Below, one piece after another: positions 29,426-44,242 of a stretch of 64,000 nucleotides of DNA (its first letter is position 1; every line of letters starts with the position of its first letter). Origin of the DNA: Octopus vulgaris (lineage: Eukaryota); NCBI GenBank assembly GCA_951406725.2, contig OX597821.1, positions 67,394,001 through 67,458,000 on the forward strand, read 5' to 3'. A program made the position numbers and the translations under genes. A model generated the notes under the pieces. That model worked only from the letters and a program-made list of their open reading frames with translations. It was not told the DNA's origin and searched no databases.

Positions 29426-29514
29426 GTGCAGCTGAAGATTGCTCTGCGTTTTAAATTGATGTAATGATTGCATTGTTCAATTATATGGAGTTGCATGAAA
29501 CGATCGCACTGCAT
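29426..29514 (+). ncRNA. Hammerhead-like motif with long stem II, ~115 nt upstream of (TA)n
   Basis: TGCAG-CTGAAGA-[~58 nt hairpin]-GAAA-CGATCG-CA-CTGCA. Stem I TGCAG/CTGCA, palindromic stem III. The U16.1 position reads C. Confidence 0.55.
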
Positions 29515-29650
29515 TACTTTTGGATATCCTTGTTGCTTATTTTGATTTTAATCACCTTACTTTGAAATTGTATGGATAATACCGTAGTAAATTCTGGTGC
29601 CTCAACTGAAGTAACATATTCATCTGAATCTATATATATATTTGTATATT

Positions 29651-29746
<96 letters not shown>

Positions 29747-29996
29747 CTTTCACTGCGATGGTTTTGTTAAGCAGCGTCGATCTCTACAGTTCTGTAAATA
29801 ATAATAATAATAATAGTAGTTTATAAGCTTAAAACTTATAAGCGATCTCCGCGCAATGACTAAAGAAAGATATCCTTATTTTTGTGTGTATATATTTGGC
29901 CGACTGTATATTATGTTCTTGAAATATCAATCACTTCGCATGTGAATTGAATGAAAAACCAGTCGAGCGAATGAGCGAATACTTCTCATTCTTTAT

Positions 29997-30040
<44 letters not shown>

Positions 30041-30097
30041 GCGTATATGTATGTTTTTGTGTGTGTGTGTGTGTGTGCGTATGTAAGTATGTATGTG

Positions 30098-30139
<42 letters not shown>

Positions 30140-30534
30140 CGTGTCACGTCTATGTATAGTCGATTGTACCGTCTCTGTTTTCGACCTTGGAGACTCCACG
30201 TTGCACAGTAGGACCACCAACGGCATGTTCTGAAGTAAATTCTTCTAAAAAACATCTGTGTTCGTGGCGTCTGATTAATGTATTCTTGATATGAGTATAT
30301 ACTTGCTGACATGTCTGTACGTAGATATTCGCATTCGCTTGAATGCGGTTGTGTAATTCAGTGTATGTATGTATGTATGTATGTATGTATGTATGTATGT
30401 ATGTATGTATGTATGTATGTATGTATGTATGTATGTATGTATGTACGTACGTATGTATGTAGTAAGTTTGTATGTATGTGTGTATGTATGTATGTAAGTG
30501 TGTATGTACGTATGTATGTGTATATATATGTCAT

Positions 30535-30714
30535 TGTTCAGTTTTATTTTAAGTTTTCTTGCCAATAGAGAAAGAGCCGGTTTCTAACCTAGAACCTAGA
30601 ACCAATTTTCCTTCATTGGTATTTCAACATCAACAACAGAGTGTTTTGTTTGCTTGTTTGTATGTATGTATGTATGTATGTATGTATGTATGTATGTATG
30701 TATGTATGTATGTA

Positions 30715-30745
<31 letters not shown>

Positions 30746-31350
30746 ATGCATGTATGTCATGATTCAGTTTCATTTCAAGGAGAAAGACCTGGTTTCTAAG
30801 CATTAACCAAGGCTCCTTCATTTGATTCAACATCGACAGAATATTTAAATTTGTATGTATGTATGCACGCATGCATTTAGATATGTATGTGCAAATTTGT
30901 ATGTTTTATGTATGTATTCTCATGCATATAGTTGCCTATCTACACATGCTCGTACATATTTAAATGATAAACTTCTGGAAAGTTTTACAGATTTTTACAG
31001 TTCCAGTGATGGATTGGATCTATAGTCTTCAATTTGCTTTCTCCTTCCTAATTTCTCAAGATTAGTATTTAGTCAGTGTGTTACATATTCCAGGGCCCCA
31101 ATAATTACAGGTATAAACCCGAACTTGTAATCTGGATAGAGTAACTGCAGATTTGTTAATAGTTCGGCATAGGTATTCTCTTTATGTTGACATCTGCTGG
31201 TCAGCTAATTTCCACAACTGTGCACAGTTTCTCAACTCTATCCCAAATTATTATATAATGTCTGTTGTGTTTACATTCTATTGAGATCTTCACTGCTACA
31301 TCCCACCAGTATTCCTGTTTATTATGAGTAGCTATGACTTGTACCATATT
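30535..31350 (-). mobile_element. R4/Dong-like non-LTR 3' end (restriction-like endonuclease remnant), with duplicated 3' termini in (TACA)n
   Basis: EYWWDVAVKISIECKHNR..IIIWDRVEKLCTVVEIS.PADVN and YAELLTNLQLLYPDYKFGFIPVIIGAL. Similar segments at 30540-30640 and 30760-30840. UTR fragment also at 40198-40290 (+). Confidence 0.72.
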
Positions 31351-31456
31351 GCATGTATGTATTTATGTATGAATGGATTTTTCTACATGTGTTTGCTTTT
31401 GTAATTTGTCATGTCTAAGCACGTTGTGAGCACTCATGTTTTTGATTGCTATTATG

Positions 31457-31555
<99 letters not shown>

Positions 31556-31676
31556 TTTACTATTATTGGTGTTGTAATTATTGTTATTGTTGCTGCTGCT
31601 GCTGCTGCTGGCGTTGTTGTTGATAGTGTGATGTCGATGATGATAATGATGATGATGGCGACGACGATAATGACGG

Positions 31677-31720
<44 letters not shown>
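31457..31720. repeat. Compound trinucleotide microsatellite (ATT)n(AGT)n(GCT)n(GAT)n
   Basis: Direct reading. Confidence 0.95.
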
Positions 31721-31772
31721 TTTAGAATTTGCTTTGTGTCTTGTACGAGCTGAAACTAATTCTCACTCAAAG

Positions 31773-31802
31773 ACCTCAAGAGACAGCCATTCATGAGTTC
31801 AA
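31773..31802 (+). CDS. Candidate 30 nt micro-exon (PQETAIHEF)
   Basis: ctaattctcactcaaag acceptor, gtgagt donor. Confidence 0.4.
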
Positions 31803-32214
31803 GTGAGTATTTTGTCTTGGATGTACAAGAACTGTTACTGGTTGTTGTTTCTTTTTTTTTTTACGAAGAATCATATTCACCGAAACGGATTTATGTTTAA
31901 ATTGCTTACCTTGAGTTCGTAAGAAATATAATTTTAGAAATTTTTTTTTAATACTATATGATAAAAGATTCTTTTGGAGTTATATAATTAGACTATATAG
32001 TTGGTATTTTTTCGTAGGATATGAGCTGCCTGAGTTTCTCCCATTTTATTATTATTAGTAGTAGTATTCCGCCGAGGTCGACTTTGACTTTCATCGTTTT
32101 TAGGAGGGAGAGGGGCGATGAAATGAATACCAGTTGAATACTGGGGTCGATGTAAACGACTACCCCACTCCACAAAATTTCAGGCCTTGTGCTTTTAGCG
32201 GAAAGGATTATCAT

Positions 32215-32563
32215 TCTGTGGCATGTTGGGCAAGTGTCTTCTATTATAGCCTCGGGCCGACCAAAGCCTTATGAGTGGATTTGGTAGACGGAAACTGAAA
32301 AGAAGCTCGTCGTATATAAGTTTATGTATATATATTTATATGTATGTGTGTATATGTTTGTGTGACTGTGTTTGTCCCCCCACCCAACATCGCTTGACAA
32401 CCGAGGGTGGTGTGTTTACGTCCCCGTAAGTTAGTGGTTCAGCAAAAGAGACCGGTAGAATAAGTACTAGGAATACAAAGAATAATCTTGGGGTCGATTT
32501 GCTCGTCAAAAAGGTGGTACTCCAGCATGGCCGCAGTCACATGAGTGAAACAAGTAAAAGAGT
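32215..32563 (+). mobile_element. 5'-truncated SINE family B copy
   Basis: Aligns to 61367-61700. Confidence 0.85.
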
Positions 32564-32866
32564 AGTAGCATTCCATCGAGGTCAACTATGCTTTTCATTT
32601 TTTTTTTTTCGAGGGAGAGGTTGATAATATGAGTACCAGTTGAAATCTGGGACTCATATTTTTTGAGCTGCCAAGCAGCTCAAAAAATTCCGCCCGTCTC
32701 GTCAAAAATCAACTCAGCAAATAAACTGATGCATGCGCGGAAGCAAGCTTCTTACCACACAGCCACGCCTGTGTCTGGTGACAATTTCTACACACCCACC
32801 ACACACACACACAAACACACACACACACACACAAACTATAGTACACAAGCACAAGCCACTCATGCA

Positions 32867-32918
<52 letters not shown>

Positions 32919-33291
32919 GCAACTTAGTATAAGGCTAGGACAAAATACTCTAATAATAAAATAAAATGTATATATATAGGCATACCAGTACATTGTACAT
33001 AAGCCATTCGTTTCGTTTTGCATGTGCCAAAATGTTCATCTTAAAGGCTTCAGGTTGAGGTGAGCTTCACTATTTATTGGGTAATAACTTTAGTCAGACA
33101 CGTCTACTGGAAATATGTTTCTTGACCTTTTCCTATTGAGCTACCGGTAGTGAGTTTTAGATCAGATAATTTCGTTCTATTTCAATCAGTATTCTATATT
33201 ATACATTTCATTACAATTCCAAATTCTAACCCTTTCCCTCTCTTGGGTATTTGTTTAGAACATATGGCGGTGTCATTCACTGTATCATTTA

Positions 33292-33340
<49 letters not shown>

Positions 33341-33533
33341 CATATGTATGTATATATATACATATTTATATGTATGCCACACACACACACACACATATAT
33401 ATAGATTCCTTGAAAAATTTTGTTTCTATGTATTTAAAAAAGCTTCGTGCTAAGTTCCTATATATATATATATATATAGTTATAAGAGAGGAAATAGGAA
33501 TCAATAACCTCTACCAAAAGATTAATAGTATAA

Positions 33534-33578
<45 letters not shown>

Positions 33579-33837
33579 GCGTACTATATATATATATATA
33601 TATATATATAGGCGCAGGAGTGACTTGCGCCTGCGTACTATACTCTGTGTGCATGCGTGTGTGTGTTTGTATGTTTGTGTGTGTGTGGGTGTGTATGTGT
33701 AGACATTGTCACCAGACACAGTTGTGGCTGTGTGGTAAGAAGCTTGCTTCCGCGCATGCGTTAGTGTATGTTACTTCTTTTGTCAGTATATATATATATA
33801 TATGTAGATTGAGATACATAGCGTTATATATGTATAT

Positions 33838-33882
<45 letters not shown>

Positions 33883-33896
33883 CATATACACACACA

Positions 33897-33954
<58 letters not shown>

Positions 33955-33958
<4 letters not shown>

Positions 33959-34824
33959 AAAAAAGGTTTGAAAATGCAATTTAAACGATGTTTATTTACT
34001 TAACCGGTTTCACTCTTTGGTAAAAGATTGTCAAAAGTTACATTTAAGGAAACATTGAATAATATGGGTTCAAAAAAAGTTTTTTACATAATTGTCACAT
34101 TGAATATTATGCATTCAAAAAAGTTTTTTACATACTTGTCACATTGGATATTATGAATTCAAAAATGTTTTTTTATACATAATTGTCACATTACATGTAT
34201 AAATATAGTGTTTGGTAACAGAGAAGTTCAATAGTGTGATGAGAATATTTGGGAAAATTTGGCAGAAAAGGATAAAACAAATATATTATTGGGAATTGGT
34301 TGCGTTAATTATTGGTTGTCGCAAATTGTCACATTACATGTATATATATACAATCTTTGGTATATATATACAGCGTTTTGACAGCAAAAATTAAAATGGA
34401 TTTTTTGTACATCTCAGAATATTTTAAGTATGTTTTTACTGACCTGTCAGTATTAGCAGACAGGCTGAACTGAGAGAACAGAAGAAGTAGCCAATGTGGT
34501 GTATACTTCCCCTTTATGCATGAATGATTTTGGGGTTATCAGGAGGTTAGTATGCGGGTGTGAATAGATGTGTCCGTGCCTGCTGGTCAGATAGCGTCTG
34601 TTTGTCACACACATATATATACACACAAACACACACACACACAACAACACACACACACACACACATAGTATACAAACACACACCACATACAAACAACACA
34701 CACACACACAGAACACACACACCCACACACAACGCACCCACATATATCACATATACACACAGCACACAAATATAACATGTATCTATATATAACATACACA
34801 GATATATAACACACATACACACAC

Positions 34825-34859
<35 letters not shown>

Positions 34860-35442
34860 CACACGCACACATACATACATAATATAAATATCACACAAAT
34901 ACACCTAGCATATATATACACACATACAATACACACATACAGCATGTAAGTAATATACATACACAATATATGCATGCAATATACATACGCAATACATACA
35001 TATAATATATATATATATAGACAATGCATATACATATATACACATATACATATAAATAGTGTTTACATACACATACATAGATGTACCACATATACACACA
35101 ATACACATACATACAATGCATACACATACACGTACGCATACATATAATATATATATACACACACACACATAACATACATACACACACAATGCATACATAT
35201 ATATACACGCAATGCATATACATGTATTCATGCATATATAGCACACCTACAATATACATATATACAGTGCACACATACACACAAATATATACACTTAATT
35301 GTACACGTACATATACAATACACATACATACAATATACATATACACAATGCGCATGCAAATAATGTACATGTTTATACACACATAAACATGCAAATAAAT
35401 ATACACACACACACATACACACACACACATATATATATACAC

Positions 35443-35470
<28 letters not shown>
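33955..35470 (-). repeat. Left arm of ~1.5 kb inverted repeat (distal PLE 3' UTR)
   Basis: Reverse complement of 37841-39360, including unique sequence and compound CA/TA tracts. Confidence 0.93.
33998..34038 (-). ncRNA. Second copy of the U3-A8 hammerhead-like motif, in the PLE 3' end
   Basis: Exact reverse complement of 39276-39316. Confidence 0.65.
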
Positions 35471-35474
<4 letters not shown>

Positions 35475-35670
35475 ATACATACATACATGCACATACATAT
35501 ATTTTTTCACACACATACACACACATATATATATATAAAAAATTCACCCACCCCCCCCACACACAAATTACAAACCTATAGCGTACACACTCAAATATAT
35601 CTCTACATGCCGCACACACACACAAACAAAGTACTAACATATACACACATACCATGCATATACACACACA

Positions 35671-35701
<31 letters not shown>

Positions 35702-36081
35702 AAAACAGATACATATGTAAATACATACACACGTACACAATGCTCACACACACACACACATACACACACACCCGCACACAGTGCACACACACACACACAT
35801 ATATACACACGTGCACACACACACACACACAACGCACGCACACACACATATACACACACACGCACACAGTGCACACACACACACACAAACACACAACACT
35901 CACACACATACATCACCTACATATATATAATGCATGCGTGTGCATGCCACGTATGTGTGCGGTCAATGCCCGCTAGTGTGTCCTATGCGTGCCGATGCGC
36001 GCATGTGCCCGCCCGCACGATATGCTGTGAGCGTGCGCGCGTCCCTGTGTGCTTGCTCTGGATGTGCTTCCAGGGTGTATG

Positions 36082-37830
36082 TTAGAGTATGTTTAGTTGT
36101 GGTCTGTATTTTTTAATAAGATTACTTTCCTTATTTATTCGTGTTTGGTCTGTGGTGTTGTCCGAGCATTGGTATAGTGGGAAGACTAAGAATTTGGGGG
36201 ACTTATTGTGTGCACAAAGGTCTAAGTGTCCACTTAGTGGTATCTGTCTTGTGGAGGGGTCCCTCAGTTGTTGTCGGTGAACTGTCATTCTGTCTCTGAG
36301 GGTAAGGCTCGTTTGCCCTATGTAGTCTTCGTGGCATCCTTCACACCTTATGACGTAGAGTAAATTTTTTGATGCGCACGTGAAGTTATTTTTTATGATG
36401 AATGTGTGTCCCGAGTGGAACTTGTACGACGATCCCTCAATGAGGTGGATGCAGGTCTTACAGTTGGGGCGACCACATTTTTTGATGGTGGGCGGTGGGT
36501 TTGTGTTGTGTAATTTTGCGTTGGTGAGGAGGTTTTTTAGGGATTTAGGTTGTCTCTTACTTTTTATTATTTTATGAGCTGCCAGTATTTTTTTCAGGCG
36601 TGGGTCTTGATTTAGTTGTGGAATGTTGTTGTATATAATAGTGTAAGCTTCTGCATTCCTTGGGTTGTGTGTTGAGAGATAAGGGAGGCTATTGACTGTA
36701 CTGTGGATGTGTTTGGGTTTTCGAAGGTCTTGAATGTTGATTGATTTGGCCCGTTCTATTCCGTTGTCTACTAGTGATGCCGGGTAATGTCTTTCGAGAA
36801 GAATTGCCCTTAGTTCCCGGAGTCTTCTATTTTGTGTTGTGTCATTTGAGACAATAGTGCAGATTCTTCTCGCTAGGTTGAAGGGGATATTTGTCTTTGT
36901 GTGTTTTGGGTGATTGGAGGTGAATAGAAGGTATTGTTTAGAGTCAGTGGGTTTGTAATGGATGTCAGTTTCAATGTTGACGCCTTTTTTAATGATTAGG
37001 ATGTCAAGAAAAGGGAGTTGGTCCTGACTATATTCCATTGTGAATTGAATGTTGTTATTTACACTGTTGATAAGGTTTTTGAAGTCTATAAGTTGGTCGA
37101 GTGTGTGGGACCATAGGATGAGGTAATCATCTAAGTAGCGTTTCCAGTTCTCCAACAGGTATTTGTGGAAAGACTGGCCGTAATTATATTTGGATTTTTC
37201 ATAGATATGTGATTCCAGGTAGGCCATCACCAGGTTTGCATAGGTAGGTGCAACTTTCGTACCCATTGCAGTTCCTGAGACCTGTCTGTAAGTGTTGTTG
37301 TGGAAATACATGAAGTTGTTTTGCAGAATAAATTTGAGGCCCTCAATTATGAATTCTTTTTTAATTCTTTCCGGGATCTCATTGGGATATTTATCCAGCC
37401 AGAATTTAATGGCTTCCAGTCCAAATTCATGTGGGATTGTGGTGTAAAGATTAATAACATCAAAAGAAACGATTAAGGTGTCTTTATCGGCATGTTTGGG
37501 GAGATGGTTTAATAGGTCCAGGTCATCTCTTACAATACTTGGAATGTGTTTCAGTATTGGCTTTAAGATGATATCTATAAAGTTGCTAAGTCTGTGTGTT
37601 TCACAACTTGGGCCTGCCACTATTGGTCTCAGTTTGAGATCAGTGGGATGTGGTATAGTGATGCAGGTTGAAGTGGACTTTTTGCAAGCTTCTGTGATAA
37701 TTTGACTCTTGTGTATTTTTGGAAGCCCATAGAGTGTGCTGGTTTTGCAATTAAATTTAGTAATGTAGTCGCATTCCTTTGCTGTCAAGTCATTCCGGTC
37801 TTGGTAAATGAGTGCCTTCAGATTGGTCAT
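36082..37830 (-). CDS. Penelope-like element ORF (reverse transcriptase + Cys-rich linker + C-terminal GIY-YIG endonuclease), 5'-truncated, Neptune-like architecture
   Basis: 582 codons without a stop. PLE RT motifs LYGLPKIHK, LRPIVAG, VSFDVINLYTTIP, GTAMGTKVAPTYANL, WKRYLDD, LPFLDI, YKPTDS..YL..SNHP. Linker CGRPNCKTC. Endonuclease NLLYVIRCEGCHEDYIGQT...RMTVH...SGH. The frame runs upstream of the ATG into the inversion junction at ~37841, so the N-terminus is missing. Confidence 0.96.
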   Translation of the reverse strand: MTNLKALIYQDRNDLTAKECDYITKFNCKTSTLYGLPKIHKSQIITEACKKSTSTCITIPHPTDLKLRPIVAGPSCETHRLSNFIDIILKPILKHIPSIVRDDLDLLNHLPKHADKDTLIVSFDVINLYTTIPHEFGLEAIKFWLDKYPNEIPERIKKEFIIEGLKFILQNNFMYFHNNTYRQVSGTAMGTKVAPTYANLVMAYLESHIYEKSKYNYGQSFHKYLLENWKRYLDDYLILWSHTLDQLIDFKNLINSVNNNIQFTMEYSQDQLPFLDILIIKKGVNIETDIHYKPTDSKQYLLFTSNHPKHTKTNIPFNLARRICTIVSNDTTQNRRLRELRAILLERHYPASLVDNGIERAKSINIQDLRKPKHIHSTVNSLPYLSTHNPRNAEAYTIIYNNIPQLNQDPRLKKILAAHKIIKSKRQPKSLKNLLTNAKLHNTNPPPTIKKCGRPNCKTCIHLIEGSSYKFHSGHTFIIKNNFTCASKNLLYVIRCEGCHEDYIGQTSLTLRDRMTVHRQQLRDPSTRQIPLSGHLDLCAHNKSPKFLVFPLYQCSDNTTDQTRINKESNLIKKYRPQLNIL

Positions 37831-37840
37831 TGTTTTGGAT

Positions 37841-39514
<1,674 letters not shown>

Positions 39515-39526
39515 ATATATATAGTG

Positions 39527-39623
<97 letters not shown>

Positions 39624-39835
39624 GATAGACAGATAGATAGACACATTGATAGATCGCTGGCCACTACACATTCATTATTTCATCTCCTTGTTTCATTCTG
39701 TGTTCCTTTCTATGGAAGAGCGTTTAAATGCTCTGAAATCGATTACAGTATGTCTTTAGTCTCTTTCAACGTAGACCTCAAGATGCTATTTTAGCGTAAA
39801 CAATAACAAGTATATCTGATGTGCGTGTGTGTGTC

Positions 39836-39880
<45 letters not shown>

Positions 39881-40020
39881 GTGTGTATGAGTGTGTGTGT
39901 GTGTATGTGTGTATGTGTGTGTGTAAATATACGGAAATGGAAAAGAAGGCTCTATATTTGTGTTCGTGATGTTAAAATATCACTCTTTGCCCACTCGGTG
40001 TCATTACAATTAATCTCCAG

Positions 40021-40080
40021 ACACGCGCTGAGATGCAAAACGTTCTCCCTGTACCAGAGATTATTTGACATTGGACTGGA
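40021..40080 (+). CDS. Candidate 60 nt exon (HALRCKTFSLYQRLFDIGL)
   Basis: ttaatctccag acceptor, gtaaga donor, open in phase 2. Confidence 0.45.
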
Positions 40081-40416
40081 GTAAGAGTAGAGTAATTTAG
40101 TATGTGTCTGCAGCTGTTGGTTATCTACGTGGGGAACCTAGAGAGATATTCGTTAATGTCTTCATAGTACTTTTTTGTCATTGCTGGTGCATATTTCTGA
40201 GCATGTCTAGATATGCAACTATATGCATGAGAATACATACATAAAACATAAAAATTTGCACATACATGCATGCGTGCATACATACATATACTGGGGCATA
40301 TTTCTACTTGATTGTGTGTAACGGTCATATTTTTACATCTACAAGTATGAATGTATGTATTTATGTATGTATGTATGTATGTATATATGTATCTATCTAT
40401 CTACCTATCTATCTAC

Positions 40417-40468
<52 letters not shown>

Positions 40469-40671
40469 TTATTTGTCTGTCTGTCTGCCTGCCTATCTGT
40501 GTGTGTGTATATATATGTATATATGTATATATATATATATGTGTGTGTGTGTATGTGTATATATATATATATATACCAATTAAGGACTGAACACGAAAAG
40601 TGGACAGTCAACATGCTAGATATAGACGTCAAATTGGTTTTAATTGATAAATATTGATTTCTACCTTTAAA

Positions 40672-40729
<58 letters not shown>

Positions 40730-40921
40730 TATATATACGTGTGTGTGTGTATCTATATTATATATACACACATATAAATAGACACATAGATAGATAGACA
40801 GACAGATATGTAAACAGGAAGGCAAGTAGGCAAGTAGGTAGGTAGCTACGTACGTAAATATTATGTAGGTAGGTAGAGAGACACATACATACATAGACAT
40901 ACAGATAGATATGTAGACAGG

Positions 40922-40977
<56 letters not shown>

Positions 40978-41055
40978 GGTAGGTAGGTAGGTACGTAGAT
41001 AGGTAGGTAGATAAGTAGGTATTATGTAGGTAGATAAATAGTTAAATAGATAGAT

Positions 41056-41095
41056 AGATATGTTTCTTTATTAGCCACACAGGGCTGCACACAGA
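41056..41095 (-). mobile_element. Extreme 3' tip of a Tx1-like element inside (GATA)n
   Basis: Minus strand ctgtgtgcagccctgtgtggctaataaagaaacatatc matches 44210-44242. Confidence 0.6.
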
Positions 41096-41122
41096 TAGAT
41101 AAATAGATCGATAGATAGATAC

Positions 41123-41257
<135 letters not shown>

Positions 41258-41570
41258 TTGCGTACGAAATCACCAAGACATTCAATATAGATGCAAATTC
41301 GTTGGGAAAATATCATACATATATCCATAAATAAATAAAATACATCCCTACAGATGCTTGTAGCGTCTCTAGCTTGACACTTTTATGAATATGAGTGTAA
41401 TATGCCAAAAAAATACTTTATCAGTTTTCAATGTTATGCTTGGCAGTTTAGATATGTCTTTGTGAATAATTTCAAAGTCGAACTTAAATAATCAAATATA
41501 TAACTGTTTCGTGTGTACTGCCAAGAGGCACAGACTGTTAAGTGAGCATTTTGAATATTATATACATACA

Positions 41571-41632
<62 letters not shown>

Positions 41633-41828
41633 CATATGATTTTGTGTGTATGCGCCTATGTATATACATACTCCAACATGTATCCATATATGTACATATT
41701 TATGTGATATGTATTTATCTATATACATACGCATGTATATATGTGTGCACATGTATATTTGGTATGTGTGTATGTGTGTGTGACATATTGGTTGAGTAGA
41801 AATAATTACATATATAACCATATACGTT

Positions 41829-41904
<76 letters not shown>

Positions 41905-42287
41905 CATATACATATATATATATACATACATACATATCTTCGTATGCCTGTACATAATATATCTAAATATAACTCAATTTAGATTCCCAACTATATGTCT
42001 GTCAAGTTATTATTGTCTTTCAAATTTAATATTGGATTTTGATACACATACACACACAAAGAATAACATACATATACAACGCACGTATCTATGTGCTCCA
42101 CTGATCACACATGGACAAATAGATAAACCAATTCTCGCGCAGACGCATGTTAGAATGTTTCTGTTTGTATAGGTATAAATATGTACGTATATTTATATAT
42201 ATATTTATGTAAATTTTTATATGTACATATATATACATATATACACACATATATATATGTGTGTGTATGCGTGAGTGTTTGTGTGTG

Positions 42288-42357
<70 letters not shown>

Positions 42358-42383
42358 TGTATATATATATATATGTATGTCTG

Positions 42384-42414
<31 letters not shown>

Positions 42415-42450
42415 ATATATGTATATATATACATATGTATGTATATATAT

Positions 42451-42513
<63 letters not shown>

Positions 42514-43153
42514 TATATTATAGATAGGCATGTATACATGTGTTTATGCGTGTGTATATATATATGGAGGGGAAGTGTGGAAAATGATCGCAAAGAAAGA
42601 GAGTAGAGTGTATATATTTTTATATTAACAAAATCTTAATACTGAATTTTTATAGAAGAATTAAATATCTTTCCAGGTTACTTAGTTAAAGTTTTACCTT
42701 GTGTCTGCAAGTTTCATGTGATGGAGTATTTCCGTAATCCTCCTCTAAGCAACCTAAACCCACCGCATGTCCAGAAACGTGCTCCGATTTACCGATTGCA
42801 TTACGTAGCTTATTGCAGTCTTGCAGAGCATCAATATTTTGACGAAGTAAGAAGCAGTGGGTAGAGAAAGGCTCAATGGAAAAGTAATATTTCATTTTGC
42901 AGCTGATCATAGAAAACATAATTTGCAATGCTCATTAAACCATCAAGTCACACAAAACTAATTTATTTTATTGAATGTGGCACGCAGTATAACAAATAAT
43001 TTGGTTAGGTCATTTCTCTGTAATTCAATAAGAATATAAATGTTAAGAAATGTATAAGTACTACTTTGGAATTTTGAGATAGTAAATACCCATCTTCACA
43101 ATAGTCGGGGAATTTTTGAACGGTAAAGTGGTGTAAGGAATAGTAACATTTAG

Positions 43154-43198
43154 TTATGCCGGGTTTGGGGTGAATTTTATCCCTGAGCCGGGCAAAAG
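43154..43198 (+). CDS. Candidate 45 nt exon (YAGFGVNFIPEPGK)
   Basis: taacatttag acceptor, AAG/gtaaga donor, GC-rich island, open in phase 2. Confidence 0.45.
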
Positions 43199-43469
43199 GT
43201 AAGAACATGTATGTTTATGTGTAAATGAAGTTCTAGTGATAATAGTTCGCTTTAATATCGAAGTACGAATGTAAACTAACAGTATCGTATTGACTTGATA
43301 GTAAAGAAAGACACCCAATTTGGTATACAATATTATATTAGCGGATAACTCATATTGCGGATATAAAATGTAAAGTTTGCGAATAAAGTATGTAATTAGC
43401 TGTCTCTAGAAGGTACGAAAATGTTTCGTTAAAGTTTTCTTAAAATAACTACATTTTAATTTCATCAAT

Positions 43470-44242
43470 CAGGTGGATGGCCATATTGTAGGCTCGAGAA
43501 ACACGGGACTGACCTGCCTGAGATGCAGTCAGAGCGACGAAACCGTCCTACACGTACTCGTCTAGTGTCCAAACATTTCCGACCCGTGGGCCTATGTCGA
43601 ACGACTGCTAACGCGTGTGGGACGAGTCGGTTTATCAACCGAGTCTATCGTGAATATTGTCACGCCTCCTTCCTTGAAACAGGATGGAAGATCCATTTTC
43701 ATCGTACTTATGGCTATGGCGAAAGAATGTGCATGGTGGATGCGTCTGAAAGGTCTAGAGACAAACACTTTTCTCTCTTGTCAATCTCTCATCAACTTCT
43801 TCAAGTATCACTTGAAGAGGAAGGTGGCATAAAAGAGAGGGACGTTTTGTCTAGTGAATGTTTCAACAAAAGATGGGTGAAGGTAGCAAGGATGCTACGT
43901 GTGAATTATGGAACCAGCTTCAGCATAATCCTGTGAACCAAAAAAAAGGAAGGAAAAAAGAGAGTTACTTACTGTAATGTGTTTTTTTTGCATGACATTA
44001 TTGCCCAAGGTTACTGTGGTCTTTTCTGTAGGCTTTTCTTTCTACGGAAAAATCTAATGTTTTCCCATTTTTCATTGACATTTCTGTGATACACGATCCC
44101 TATTGATCGGCCATTCTTTTTCTCCACGATCCCTTTTGATCGAAATTCGACCCACTTTTTTCTCTTCTTCATCCCCAAAAGAAAAGCTCTACTTTGTATT
44201 TTGTCCCCCCTGTGTTCAGCCATGTGTAACCAATAAAGAAAT
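43470..44242 (+). mobile_element. 3' end of an L1/Tx1-like LINE (CCHC knuckle plus 3' UTR)
   Basis: CLRCSQSDETVLHVLV*CP (CxxC..ET..H....C) continues into ORF 43617-43832. Ends with ttgtcccccctgtgttcagccatgtgtaaccaataaagaaat. Confidence 0.78.

Noticed and set aside
34066-34200. CRISPR-like repeat periodicity
   Set aside because: Units are contiguous without unique spacers, the context is eukaryotic, and there are no cas genes.
36082-37830. Naiad/Chlamys-type or selenoprotein PLE, telomerase, or bacterial retron/group II RT
   Set aside because: The endonuclease is C-terminal, there is no in-frame TGA, and the motifs are canonical PLE.
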